This document shows, one piece after another, positions 50,591 to 64,000 of a stretch of 64,000 nt of DNA (its first letter is position 1; each line of letters begins with the position of its first letter). The notes under the pieces are model-generated. The model saw only the letters and a list, made by a program, of their open reading frames with translations. It searched no databases and had not been told where the DNA came from. Made by a program: the position numbers and the translations under genes. The stretch spans positions 13,606,200 to 13,670,199 of the forward strand of contig NC_068992.1 in the NCBI RefSeq assembly GCF_001194135.2, read 5' to 3'. This DNA comes from Octopus bimaculoides. Lineage: Eukaryota.

Positions 50591-51962
50591 GTAAGTCAGT
50601 CACACTGTCCCGAAACTCGATCAATGCTATGGACATGAGTTTCTATCTCCAAAATTTGTCATTATCGCTATCGCAACTCTCTATTAGCTCCATGGATACG
50701 AGATATTTAGACACATCCCAAAAATACGCACATTAAAATGGCGGCCTCGGTAATTTGAAAGAATAAGAGGAAGATGAAATAAATGATATAACACTAGGCA
50801 GCCAGTGGCTTGTGTTTAGGAACGAAGACAACAACAAAATATTTTAAAATATATGATTCATTAAAATTATCTCCGCTTCCAGATATAGAAGAAAAAATTA
50901 AACTAGAATTATTTTTCCCCCACAATAAAAATATAAGAGAAATTTAAACAAGAAATAACTTTTTTTATTTTCGTGAGGCAATTCATGTTTCTGCTAAAAT
51001 ATAACTTAATAGTATGAAATTATCTCTCTTCATGTAACGTAATTTGCTACAATTTATCAACATGTGTTTGCTTCCTTTCATGGACTAAGGCACATGCTCA
51101 CTTCTCATTGATATTAGTTGCATTTAATTGTGGCGTTGCCTGTACTACAGTCTTCACAAATATATATGTAGTTTATGAATGCCCTTTTTTCTATTCTTTC
51201 GCGAAACTCATTTACTACAGTATATCGCCGATGTGTCAATTAATCCCTGAAAACATTGTCACTCCTAGCAAAAGAAAAATATATATATATAATTGTGTCC
51301 TGGCTTAATTACATTTATCATTCATCAAAATATCCTTCAGCAATATTTTTAGAATGATGTTCGTTTTCTCGTACACCAAGGGATAACTACCTAAAAAGTA
51401 GAAATATTTCAAGATATTACCGTCGTAGAAAATATAATATAAAAAGAAAATTGAATTTAACATCTGAAGATTTACTTGAACATTTGGTTGGTGAAAGTCT
51501 GGTGTCAGGAGAAAAATGTGATTTTCTCTATTCTTAATTTTGTTGTCTTACAATACAAATTGCTTGAAAGTCTCCTCAGCGATATTTGGATCGGATCTCC
51601 TGGTACATGAAGAATGTTTCTTACATGTTTATTCTACATGCTTTTATTTGTATCTGATTGATGGATATAGTAAGCCAAATTCATTTAACATTGAATGTTT
51701 TATGGATATATGTTTGGATTCATTAATCTCCTTTACGAGTGGATACTGAAAAAAGTTCCTAACTTTGGGTAAAAGAAAAAAAGGAGGATCAGTTAATTAT
51801 GATTTTATTCAACATATTCCTTTCTCAGATTCACACACTTATTGCAGCGGTCCTGCAATTTTTTCTCACTCCTGTAAAAAAAACTCGAAAGTTTGGGGCA
51901 TCCAAATCATGCATTTCTCCTCACCCTTAAAGTCAGGGACTTTTCAGCATCCCTCGTTTATA

Positions 51963-52014
<52 letters not shown>

Positions 52015-52842
52015 TGTAAGTATGTATGTATGTATGTGTGTATTGTCAAGATCAGTGTCAAGTTCACGGACAACAATTAAACTCCAATTAAACATCAAAA
52101 GCTATTCATTACACATGAGGTCAAGAATCGTTGTTGACTACCGATGTAATGTCATGTGTCTACTTTTCTGGGTGCACTATTGGTTGTAAACATCACTGGT
52201 GTAGTGGACATTTCAAAGATAAAATCTTAGAACTTGGAACGTGAATAGTCTGTCTGTAACATCAAAACGCAGCAGGAGATTTCAGTAAAATCAGACACTT
52301 GATATACAGTTTAACAAATAAGTGAAAATGAGTAAAAAGAGATAGAAGCAAAAGAAGTAATAGATAAAGGACATTCATTCAAAGAGAAGTTAGATGACAA
52401 AAAAAAACTTGTGAACAGGACAGAGGGAACTATAAGGAGAAAAGTAAGAAAGAGTAAAATTCAATGAAAACAGCAAGGGTGAAGACAGAAAGAAAAGAAA
52501 AGAAACCTAATAATAATAATTTTTAATCGGAACACAAAGTGTGAAGAGGGGAGGGGTATTATGAACGTCGAAATATAAGTTAGAAACTTGAGTGAGAGAA
52601 ACGAAGAATATAAAGGCAGGGAGCAAGAAGAAACAAATTTGGAGAGGAGGTGGGCACTTGTAGAAGAGTGAGGGAGAGGTGGAAAATGTGAATACAAGAA
52701 CAGGAGAATTTCATCGGAATTAGAATTATGATAAAATCAAGAATTTATGGACACATTTACTAGAAAAACCAAATCTAGACGGAGATATGATGAGGCAGGC
52801 ACCAATAAAGTGGAATATATGTGTGTGTGCATGCCGGTGTGC

Positions 52843-52878
<36 letters not shown>

Positions 52879-53444
52879 TTTTTCTTCGAGTTTCATTTAA
52901 GTTCCACTTGAGAGAGTTCNNNNNNNNNNNNNNNNNNNNNNNNNNNNNNNNNNNNNNNNNNNNNNNNNNNNNNNNNNNNNNNNNNNNNNNNNNNNNNNNN
53001 NNNNNNNNNNNNNNNNNNNNNNNNNNNNNNNNNNNNNNNNNNNNNNNNNNNNNNNNNNNNNNNNNNNNNNNNNNNNNNNNNNNNNNNNNNNNNNNNNNNN
53101 NNNNNNNNNNNNNNNNNNNNNNNNNNNNNNNNNNNNNNNNNNNNNNNNNNNNNNNNNNNNNNNNNNNNNNNNNNNNNNNNNNNNNNNNNNNNNNNNNNNN
53201 NNNNNNNNNNNNNNNNNNNNNNNNNNNNNNNNNNNNNNNNNNNNNNNNNNNNNNNNNNNNNNNNNNNNNNNNNNNNNNNNNNNNNNNNNNNNNNNNNNNN
53301 NNNNNNNNNNNNNNNNNNNNNNNNNNNNNNNNNNNNNNNNNNNNNNNNNNNNNNNNNNNNNNNNNNNNNNNNNNNNNNNNNNNNNNNNNNNNNNNNNNNN
53401 NNNNNNNNNNNNNNNNNNNNNNNNNNNNNNNNNNNNNNNNNNNN

Positions 53445-53516
<72 letters not shown>

Positions 53517-53979
53517 TGTATATATATTTGTTTATATTTATATGTATATGTATATATATTATATAAGCATATTATTTTCAATGTTCAAAATTTATTAACT
53601 AAAAACGATATTTACTTTGGAACCACGTCTCCCAGAATCAATGATCGTACAAAAATGATTTTTTTTATCTCTAGAGAATATAAGAGTGACATTTTCAAAT
53701 GTTAAATATTGGAAAATACTTGTCGTCTGCTTTAGTACATTTATTCATGTTTTTGTCAAAGTTTTTCTCTTTACTTTCTCTAGCAATAATAATAATAGTC
53801 GCTTTTAAAAATCGGATCCTTATAGTTGCTGATAAATTGAACAGGGAAATTCTTTTCCCCAATTTCTAAATAAAGATTATTATAAAGTGAGTACACTTTC
53901 CAAACAAATCAGCTATATAGAAAACTCTACAATAAAATAAACAGATATATATATATATATGTATATATATACACATATA

Positions 53980-54014
<35 letters not shown>

Positions 54015-55089
54015 NNNNNNNNNNNNNNNNNNNNNNNNNNNNNNNNNNNNNNNNNNNNNNNNNNNNNNNNNNNNNNNNNNNNNNNNNNNNNNNNNNNNNN
54101 NNNNNNNNNNNNNNNNNNNNNNNNNNNNNNNNNNNNNNNNNNNNNNNNNNNNNNNNNNNNNNNNNNNNNNNNNNNNNNNNNNNNNNNNNNNNNNNNNNNN
54201 NNNNNNNNNNNNNNNNNNNNNNNNNNATATATAGGTAGAAAGGCAGACAGGTAGAAAGAGAGAAAAATAGACAGATCGATCGATTGGTAGACATAGCAAC
54301 ATGTACATGTGTGTGCGTGCACGCGCACGTTTGTGTGTGTATGTATATATATATATGTATATATTGATATATGTATGAATGTATATACGTATATACATAC
54401 ATACATACATACATACATACATACATACATACATACATACATACATACGTATATTACAAAGTCAGAATTAAATAAGATATATTTATGTGAAGTCTCGAAT
54501 GGCTTCCCACAAGAAAAAAAAAAGAAATTATAATAGATTTTGAAATTCTAAGACATGACATTAAGTTTCATAGCTTGAAATCTGAGCAAATAATCTTCGC
54601 AAAATTTAATATCACCGGCTTTGTAGAGAATTTGTTATTTTATTTTTTCTTCATGTAAATATGTTTTTATATTCAAACACTTTTCTGAAAAGCGGGACCC
54701 AAATTTACTTTAGGAATGAATCATTTTGGCATGAACATCAATCGTCCTAGGTAAATTTCATTTTCAGATCTTGTTTTATGTTTTAATCTCATTTTCTGCC
54801 CAAGCTGGAGTAAACAAAATACATTAAGCATGCTACTTGACGAACCATTACCTCAATATTTTCATTTCCGTGATAACTGAAATTCACAGATTAGTGAAGC
54901 TAAATTATATATTCGTAATGAAGCCCTCATACTCACGTATATACACAAGCACACATACACATACAAACAAATATACATACACGCCTATAATACTAACGCC
55001 CCCGCTAAAGCTTCAGGTAGAAGGCCTTGGTTTCGGTAAAGACGGACATCCTACACGAAAGCATTAAACACAAATTTCGCCGATGCATA

Positions 55090-55205
55090 CTTTCTCTTTC
55101 CTCTTTTTGAGGTCGATAAAGTAAGTACCAGTTGAAGTTCAGAGCGATGTTATCGACTTAGCCCCGCTCGCAAAATGTCTGATCTTGTGACAAAGCTTGA
55201 AACTG
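55090..55205 (+). mobile_element. SINE family A 3' fragment
   Basis: ttttgaggtcgataaagtaagtaccagttgaag..atcgacttagccccgc..cttgtgacaaagcttgaaac. Confidence 0.8.
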
Positions 55206-55737
55206 TTATTATTCACCTCAGTTGGAAGCTTAATGTTTTTTGGGGTTTTTTTAGTTTGTCTTTGTAACTTAATATTTATCGTATTTCTATGTTAGAAGAA
55301 ATATTGCGACGTCCACACATACACAGATTTCAAATGATATGACCTTTGGAAGTGACATATGAAAATTATACATAAGTTACTCTGGAGACTATAGTGGTTT
55401 TTCACAGATTGTTTAACGTTTCACGAAGATTACGTTGAATTATACATTTTATATTTGTTAAAAAACAATTATCGTAAGTCTCATCGAGCCGCATATATTG
55501 GGTCCGATATAATACGCACAAAGGGTTGAGCCTAACTCAAACCATTTGCAGATAAGTTCATATAAAATGTTACCAACTTCATTACCCATAATTATACAAA
55601 TATATTATACCGGGAACGTCTACATTTACTCTCCCCATGATAATCTTTTAGTAACATTAATTCTTTTAAACCTTCAATAAAAAAAAGACGGCATTCGGGC
55701 TTTCCGACTATCCATAAGGTAATAAAGGCCTAACGTT

Positions 55738-55850
55738 CTGTCGGTTATGACGGCGAGTGTTTCAGTTGTTTCGATCAATCGAACAGCCTGCACATCATAT
55801 TAACCTGGAAGTGACTCAGCACTCCGTAGACACGCGTACCCTTAACGTTT
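55738..55850 (-). mobile_element. SINE family C 3' tail fragment
   Basis: gatcaatcgaacagcctgc..gtgactcagcactccgtagacacgcgtacccttaacgt matches 37436-37511. Confidence 0.85.
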
Positions 55851-56808
55851 CTATCAGTGAATACAGGTAATAATTAACAACTATATATATATATATATAT
55901 ATAAAATCAAAAATGGTAGTTCTAAAATTTCTCGAAGAGATCAACGCAGTAGTTGTACTGTCAAGTAAAACACGTTGCTATTTCACCATGGCAGCTGCCA
56001 TCTGTAGCGGTGGAGAAGTCCAGTACTGAAGGGAGGCAAAAATAGCCCGAAACCAGGCTTGTCTGCTGGTTCCGTCGCTAGATGGTACTAGGGATTCGAT
56101 CTCCTGCTCACAATAAATTGGATGCAGCTATAATGTCTGCTTGAACGGACAAACGTGTTGAAGTGGCTACGAATATTACTTACTTATATGTGTGTGTGTG
56201 TGTGTGTATGTGTGTGTGTGTGTGTGCGCGTGCGCGCNNNNNNNNNNGTGTGTGTGTGTATGTGTGTGTGTGTGTGTGCGCGTGCGCGCGTGTATGTGTG
56301 TGCATACATACATAGGAACACAAATGGGTTTTCAAATTTGTTACACCATTTTTAGTTGAATTTTAATGATGTGTGTATAGATTAATCTATTATCTCCGTG
56401 TAAAAATTTAAACAGGGCCAATGAGCTGCGAATAAAAACATTGATGGTGACGGATCCAACCAGTGTAGGATTGTTCCCCTGCATATACGTGTTTAAAATT
56501 TTAACTAACGAACCTCGATTATATGCTAAGATGTGGTCTATGAATAAATCAATGAAAATTTACCGAACAAGCTGTAAATTTTATACATACGCCGCAACTA
56601 GAACCAGCCATGTGTAGGAACTACAGATTAAAATGCTATTGGTATCTAGATATCTACAGTGTCATTACCAATACATGATAGTTTGTGGTTCTTTTGCCTA
56701 GTGCAAAACTTGTGTTATTATTCCTAGCCACTTCCGTCTCCGTCCGTGTTGGTATGACAATATTGTAACGAATTCTATAACTAAGATATACATATGTGTG
56801 TGTGTGTG

Positions 56809-56851
<43 letters not shown>

Positions 56852-58817
56852 CACATATTTAAAATTCCGGCCATAAGTGAATCTATTTCCTATACGTTGC
56901 CGTGTTTGTATTTATGTTGATATAATTGAATATGGTTGTTATTAAAATAGTTCAATAATTCAATAATTAAATATTATTGAATTATATGCAAGCTCTTCAT
57001 TATGAACATTTACGCAATCTTTACAATTGATTGCTTAGTATTATAAGATAAATACAAACTTATTCATAATTCATTACTGCTGTATTTTCCCACTAACATC
57101 TGTTATATTAAGAATTCTCGATCGGCACGTTTCGGGCGGTTATTGTCTCTGTTAGTTTATATGTTTTCATTCCAGTGCGTTAACTACCACATTAGGGTGG
57201 TTTAACTCGTATATCTTATTATGTTACATTCATTCGTTATCCACTAAGGTCACAAATACCAGAATATAGAAATGGTTTAGATCGTATTGCTTCTTAATGT
57301 TCTTTTTGTAGCCGTTCGTGGACTGGAAATATTTTCTTAGTTTAAATTTCACTAAATTTGGATCGATTGAAAACGTTGTGTTAAGATGCTTTCTCAGAAA
57401 TATTAATTTCAATGTTATTTTCTATATCTATATATGTTGGTACAATAGAAAGAATAGTCAGGTTTCTAATAATGATATTCTTTGTACGTATTTCTGTTGC
57501 TAAATACTCTGAATTTCTCGAGGGACTAAATAAGTCAAAAACCAAAAAATATCTCTTTCATGGATATATAATTATGGACAGAAGTCATCGTACTGTGGTG
57601 ACTACATCGTGGTATGTTGATTCTTGTTTATTTTTATGTATCTTGACCATACGTGTACTGATGAACAAAAGAATGCAGCTTACTTCACAGTTTTTCTGTA
57701 TTTGAATGAGAAACCAGTGGTCTGCCGTTAAGTTAAATGTTTTTAGAGATTAATTTTGAAAGCTGCATTCCCTCGCTTCCGGTAAATATGTTGCTTATTT
57801 TTTGGTAGTTTTTAACTTATTCAGTCCCTCGAAGCGTGAGGCATTACTACACAGTTAATGCCCTTTATATATAAATTATATATTTGTGAAAAAAATGATG
57901 AATTGTTTTCATTATGAGGTTTTTTCACGCTGACTACTTGATAAATTCTTATAAAGAATTTATCCTATATNNNNNNNNNNNNNNNNNNNNNNNNNNNNNN
58001 TATATTTGTACACACACATGCACTTAAACACACTCAAATATTTATATGTGTATATCTTAAATATACGTGTTGTTATGTCGGTATATCCGTGTATATAGGA
58101 CTGTTCAGATATCACTGAATTGGTAAATACCTATATACACGAATATGTCGTTGAGCGTAGTAAAAACTTCTTTTTTTTATCTTTATAATTATAACCGTAT
58201 TTGGAATATGATGCAAATTAAATTTTACACCTATGAAATCTCCGTTACAATTCTTTTTTTTATTTTTTATTTTTTTTTGTTCAAATCTGTGCATTGATTA
58301 GAAGGTACAAGTTATGAAATTAATTCAACGAAGAAAAAAAAAATGAATCATCGAAAAGTGTGTGAATAATTGATCAATGATTTTAAGAATTTATTATGTA
58401 AGCAATCATGAATCAATATGTAATATTGGTAATATACGATTACATCTTACAAGTGATAACTATTTATGATAAGCTATCTGCCATATTTATTGAATTTTAT
58501 TATGCAGATGTGAATGCAATAAAAAAAAAATGAAGTCGTTAGATTTTGTTTTCAGACAAACCGTTTTAATTTAAGTATTTTTATCTTTTATCTGTTGTCA
58601 TATATTTATACGTCATCTTCCTTTTAAAAAATCTATTACCACGGTTCGTTTAATATCTGTGTCTCACCTTGCTTATACTTTGACAAAAATAATTCCTCTC
58701 ATGTTTTATATGAGATATGTTGTCTTTATTTTATGGAATCTAAATGCTAGGAATCTATGAAGTTGACATAGAGTGGGTGTATATCATAAATCAGTTGCAC
58801 AATTCTGTTATCTAATA

Positions 58818-58897
<80 letters not shown>

Positions 58898-59159
58898 TCA
58901 TCGAGAAACAAAAGTTAACATGAATATGCATAGCGCTGTATACTTTCTGTTGGCCGGTGATGGTAAATTGGTTATAGCGCCTATCTCATAGTCGATTAAG
59001 CTTCTAGCCACGTGTGTACAGGCTCGGATACAAATAATGGCGCAAATGTGACAGTATGTTCCCAGTGGTTTTATTCAGTCCTGATGCACAACTCATACGA
59101 GGATGCGTTTATGTAGAAAATACATCACTTAACAGGATGTTTCATATCTTAACAAGATA

Positions 59160-59161
59160 CT

Positions 59162-59236
<75 letters not shown>

Positions 59237-59410
59237 TTACGTACGTATATACATACATACATACATACATACGTATATATATATATATATACATACGTAG
59301 GTAGTTAGGTAGGTAGGTAGGTAGGTAGGTAGGTAGGTAGGTAGGTAGGTAGGTAGGTAGGTAGGTAGGTAGATATAGATAGTGAGAGGGAGAGAAAGAT
59401 AGACAGACAG
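59160..59410. repeat. Compound (AGAT)n-(ACAT)n-(AT)n-(AGGT)n microsatellite
   Basis: Directly visible. Confidence 0.95.
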
Positions 59411-59969
59411 ACGAACAGGCATCTATGCAGCTTTGTCGCCCAGTATAATAACCGGAAATGTTACTTAAATACAATACATACATGTATACTTTCTTCATAA
59501 TAAATAGTGATTATATTAAAAAACAAAATGAAAACTAGTTTTCAAATTAAAATATATTAAGAAAAGAAAATAATGTAAAAGAATTTAGTCTACTATAATC
59601 TCAATACGTTGATATCAACAACAATAACACTGTTTATGAATTTATTAGAGTTCTGATATATTATGTGAAATATCGAGACATCTTGAATATAGTCAAGTAA
59701 CAGATGCTAAAATATTGTTAATATTGTTAAGAACATGTTTATTCGCTTAAGTACAAATCATATATGCTGAATGAATTTAATACATTTCTATAGTTGTGAC
59801 GGCCTGTTGTTGGGTTCATTAAAATGTTTGAGATTTAAGAAATGAATCTGTAAACTGCACCGTCATCAAATGGGGTGTCTTTCTCTGGTTGCCTCAGTCT
59901 GTGTTTTAATTGCTATATATCAATTTGCATTTTGGTCTATATGTCTACTTGTAATATATATTTAATTGA

Positions 59970-60060
59970 AGGCGATGAGCTGGCAGAAACGTTAGCACGC
60001 TGGGCGAAATGCTTAGCGTTATTTCGTCTGTCTTTACGTTTTGAGTTCAAATTGCACCAA
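59970..60060 (+). mobile_element. SINE family A 5' head
   Basis: gagctggcagaaacgttagcacgctgggcgaaatgcttagcgttatttcgtctgtctttacgttttgagttcaaatt. Confidence 0.9.
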
Positions 60061-60199
60061 AATTTCCGGCCTTGTGACTACAATAGAAAACAATGTGTAT
60101 TTGATTGAATTTAGTCTACTGAACGTAACAAAGTGTATTTTTCATCTAGGAAGTGTTCTGTCCATGCTCATTACCTCTGCTATACCATACTAGTGTCAA

Positions 60200-60355
60200 A
60201 ATTTGGCACAAGTCCAGACCTTTACTGAGGGTGGGGTAAATCGACTTCAACCCTGAATGGCAAATTCAACTCCGGCAGCATTTGCACTTCACACATAAAG
60301 TCGGAAGAAGAGCCGCTAAGAATTTTGTCCGGCGTTGTAACGATTATGCCACCCG
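60200..60355 (-). mobile_element. SINE family A copy with the central segment deleted
   Basis: ttggcacaag..ggggtaaatcgac..tggcaaattcaactccggc..ccgctaagaattttgtccggcgttgtaacgattatgcca. Confidence 0.7.
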
Positions 60356-61150
60356 TCGACATACTCTGTTATACAATTTTGTAATCGAAACTGTTCGATA
60401 ATAGATATACCACCATTGTTTATTTGTGTGTTTTGAGGGAAATTTCTTAGCTATTTTTATCAGATCCTGCAACGATATGTGATTCTACATTGAGTCAAAC
60501 TTCTCCGGACAACATTTTGTCACATAAAATTAACCACAAAAGGCAGAGAGTTTCTTTGTCCTCGAAATGACTTATAAAGCAACAACAAATTGAAGAACCG
60601 AAAGAAATCTGTAAATAAATTTTGCGAATGAGATGAAATTTAAAAAGAACATTTTATGCAAGCACCTAAATAAGTAAGTCTACAGTTGTGCTCCCATTCT
60701 TTTAAGGAGACTAAAAATATACACTATTATTTAGCAACTGCGCACACGATTTCAAGTTCCAAACTTAATACTTTAGGAAAGATATTATCTTAGTTTGCAG
60801 TTGTAGGGCAAGCAGATAGGAAAAACTAGAAAGGAACATTTCCAATCAAGGTTATACATGACATGATAAATTAAGTTTTCAAACAACAGAAAAACAATAA
60901 ACTAATGGACGACTATAATACTATAAGCGTAGCTTCAAAAGAAGAGAAAAAGTTTGTTCAAAGACATCGAACGTTAGAGGAAAATGAAAAGCGAAACATG
61001 GTAATCGAATTGTGTTCGTTGATAATGCAATGTATTAACACTAGCCTTAATGAAGCTGAAATTCTCAGAACTACCGCAGTTCATTAGCAGTTAGAGTAAT
61101 TTACATAATAAATAAATAAATAAATAATATGTACCCACACGCACACACAC

Positions 61151-61183
<33 letters not shown>

Positions 61184-61971
61184 CATATATACATATATGT
61201 ACACACACACATATATATTTACAACTATGTAAGTATATATCTATATCTTGATACACACAGATATATGCATATATATANNNNNNNNNNNNNNNNNNNNNNN
61301 NNNNNNNNNNNNNNNNNNNNNNNNNNNNNNNNNNNNNNNNNNNNNNNNNNNNNNNNNNNNNNNNNNNNNNNNNNNNNNNNNNNNNNNNNNNNNNNNNNNN
61401 NNNNNNNNNNNNNNNNNNNNNNNNNNNNNNNNNNNNNNNNNNNNNNNNNNNNNNNNNNNNNNNNNNNNNNNNNNNNNNNNNNNNNNNNNNNNNNNNNNNN
61501 NNNNNNNNNNNNNNNNNNNNNNNNNNNNNNNNNNNNNNNNNNNNNNNNNNNNNNNNNNNNNNNNNNNNNNNNNNNNNNNNNNNNNNNNNNNNNNNNNNNN
61601 NNNNNNNNNNNNNNNNNNNNNNNNNNNNNNNNNNNNNNNNNNNNNNNNNNNNNNNNNNNNNNNNNNNNNNNNNNNNNNNNNNNNNNNNNNNNNNNNNNNN
61701 NNNNNNNNNNNNNNNNNNNNNNNNNNNNNNNNNNNNNNNNNNNNNNNNNNNNNNNNNNNNNNNNNNNNNNNNNNNNNNNNNNNNNNNNNNNNNNNNNNNN
61801 NNNNNNNNNNNNNNNNNNNNNNNNNNNNNNNNNNNNNNNNNNNNNNNNNNNNNNNNNNNNNNNNNNNNNNNNNNNNNNNNNNNNNNNNNNNNNNNNNNNN
61901 NNNNNNNNNNNNNNNNNNNNNNNNATATATATAAGGAGAGGGAGAGAGAGAGACATCAAATTGGGACTTAC

Positions 61972-62027
61972 CTAATTGGTTTTGTTTCATTTGAATTGAT
62001 AATTAGATCTCGTTCTTAGCTTAAGGT
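61972..62027 (-). other. Candidate exon (56 nt), 5'UTR or start of MKQNQL
   Basis: On the minus strand: acceptor gatattcttttctgaatgttcactcaatttag|A and perfect donor TAG|gtaagt. Stops occur in all frames before an ATG AAA CAA AAC CAA TTA G. Confidence 0.3.
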
Positions 62028-63194
62028 CTAAATTGAGTGAACATTCAGAAAAGAATATCAGTTAAACTAACTGTATTTTACATGTTAGAACTTCAGTAAA
62101 AATATAGGATATTTCTAAGTTCGCATTCATCAGTTGGATGCGCACGTTGTTGTTAATCGTATAACATCAAAGTTCAAAGTACTTTTCAAAAAATAATCAC
62201 ATCTCCTAGCCGAATTATTTTCAGTTCAAACAGCCCAATCAGCTTAATTTTAAGTAGGTACAACAGCTTATGAAAACTTTTATTCTGAAAAATTTCGTGC
62301 AGTATGAAATTAACGAAACTATTACGAGTTTATAATATTGCTACACAGTTCCTGCGGTGCAAGAGCTGGGTCACTCTAAGGAATATAAGACTTCTCCGAA
62401 GTTTTTACTTCTAAATATCCATAGTTAAACATAGACTGCCTCAGGTTGGCAATATCTTAAATTATAGATAGCATTTTAAAAAATAAAAATAGTAAAATCT
62501 TATTATAAAACTCTTAATAAACTCTTGAGTTAAGACCACATGGAATTAATCGATGTCTCTATAATTATTGATATAGTTGACTGTATCATCTACAACACCA
62601 CATTGTAAATTCAATTATCCAAGTATCTATATGTACTTGATTAAGAATATCAAGAAGGTCACGTAATTTAATTAATTTATTTAATTGGGCGTATGCACTT
62701 AATTAAAATTACAACATCCTACAATATTAATTAAAATATCAGTAAAGCTGCTTGCGCATTACTTGAAATTTATGTTAATTTTCTTGAATAGTTTACAGTG
62801 CTACGATAGTTAAATCTATTAGCCAGTGTAATATAATCTCCAATGAATTATTCAGAGATAATATGGAGTTTATATGTTTTATCTGCAATATAGTACACAA
62901 AGAAGTAGAAGTATTATTCATATATATATATAATCTACTGCGCCAGGAGCAGAAGAAGCACGCTAAAATGTACAACGAGTTTGTTGAAAGGAAAAAGCGA
63001 TTTTAAAGTTTCCAACATTTACTCGTATAAAATGTTTAGAATATAAAATGCGATGTGCATTGCGGATAGCTATGGAATAGGAACTCTCAATTCGTATAAC
63101 AAGGAAAACTTCGAAAAGATCAGCAATGAACGGAAGAGTAATGAGAAGGTGAAAAATAACAATAACGTTCACGATTATAAACCTTTTTACTATA

Positions 63195-63348
63195 GGCACA
63201 AGGCCTGAAAATTGGTGGGAGAACGATAGTCGATTAAGGATTAAAGGCAAAGTCGACCTGAACAGAATTTGAACTCAGAACGTAAAGACAGACAAAATAC
63301 CGCTAAGCATTTCGCCCGCCGTGCTAACGAGTCTGCCAGCTCGCCGCC
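63195..63348 (-). mobile_element. SINE family A copy with the central segment deleted
   Basis: ggcacaaggcctgaaa..gtcgatta joined to aggattaaaggcaaagtcgacc..ccgctaagcatttcgcccgccgtgctaacgagtctgccagctcgccgcc. Confidence 0.9.
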
Positions 63349-63404
63349 TTTGACGTTGATGATAATAATAAAAATTATCACACTTATGAAGATCGTTATT
63401 CTAA

Positions 63405-63765
63405 CCATTTTCAACCGAAGAAATGGAGTTTCTCAGAAGGATCTCTGGTGTGAAGTCAGTCGATAAGGGATGAGTGAGCGTGACCAGGCCGGCACCCTAT
63501 ATTTTCAGTGCTACAAACATGAGATTAGCATTTCACAGAATTGAATTGCAAGACGGATTCTTCAGGCCAAACAGCGGGTAAGAGACCTATGAGTAGAGCA
63601 GCAATAAGATCGTAGCGTATATATTTATCGTCCCACTTGGTCGCGCGTCAGAATACAGCTGGAAAATCTGATGACGTTGCTTCTGATCCAATTAGATCCT
63701 ATGAAGAGGTGTCTAAGGAGTCTACCCGGCCAAGACTGTCCCGGGAATAGTGAGTGGAGAAGAAG
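63405..63765 (+). mobile_element. RTE/RTE-X-like LINE 3' relic
   Basis: Disrupted translation: STEEMEFLRRISGVKSVDK.., ARRILQAK../AGKRPMSR.., TWSRVRI... This follows the RTE pattern EM.FLRRI.G..D and P.GKRPRGRP. Confidence 0.7.
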
Positions 63766-63823
63766 GAAGGAGAGAGGGATTGATGCACGGAAGAAATTCA
63801 GAAACATCCTGATTACAACGAAA

Positions 63824-63880
<57 letters not shown>

Positions 63881-63899
63881 AAATAACAGCAGCAGCAGG

Positions 63900-63934
<35 letters not shown>

Positions 63935-63945
63935 TAGTAGTAGTA
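63824..63945. repeat. (GTA)n/(GCA)n trinucleotide microsatellite
   Basis: Directly visible. Confidence 0.95.
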
Positions 63946-64000
63946 ATTATCGTTGTTGCTGTTATTGTTGTTAATGTTTTATTTACAGTAGCAGAATTAT

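Noticed and set aside
56180-56300. (TG)n(CG)n Z-DNA-prone tracts (also about 22545-22565)
   Set aside because: Such tracts are ubiquitous in this microsatellite-rich sequence; nothing locus-specific.
1-63348. Apparent minus-strand bias of SINEs (about 17 versus 9)
   Set aside because: The sample is small and clustered copies are not independent.
1-64000. Long ORF-track entries (up to 399 aa)
   Set aside because: They are N-runs (X) or translations of dinucleotide/tetranucleotide repeats (YIYI, VCVC, THTH, YLPT), not genes.

Overview
AT-rich eukaryotic genomic scaffold with 15 N-gaps (about 4.7 kb in total), most of them next to microsatellites. The repeat content looks like an octopod (Octopus-like) genome; this is inferred from recalled repeat consensus sequences, not from a database search. 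The window is dominated by (AT)/(GT)/(GA)/(AGAT)/(AAT) microsatellites and about 25 copies or fragments of three tRNA-derived SINE families (called A, B and C here). It also holds two RTE-clade LINE 3' relics, a three-armed foldback/MITE-like inverted repeat, a Penelope-type hammerhead-like relic and a purine-rich minisatellite. No protein-coding gene can be named. Nearly all ORF-track entries are artefacts of microsatellites, N-runs or antisense low-complexity DNA. Several small candidate exons with good splice signals exist (best: 26847-26943 on the minus strand), plus an unlisted 116-codon acidic/Gly-rich reading frame at 38128-38478. There are no CRISPR arrays, rRNA or intact tRNA genes. 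I did not find a demonstrable new biological system; the findings are testable leads.
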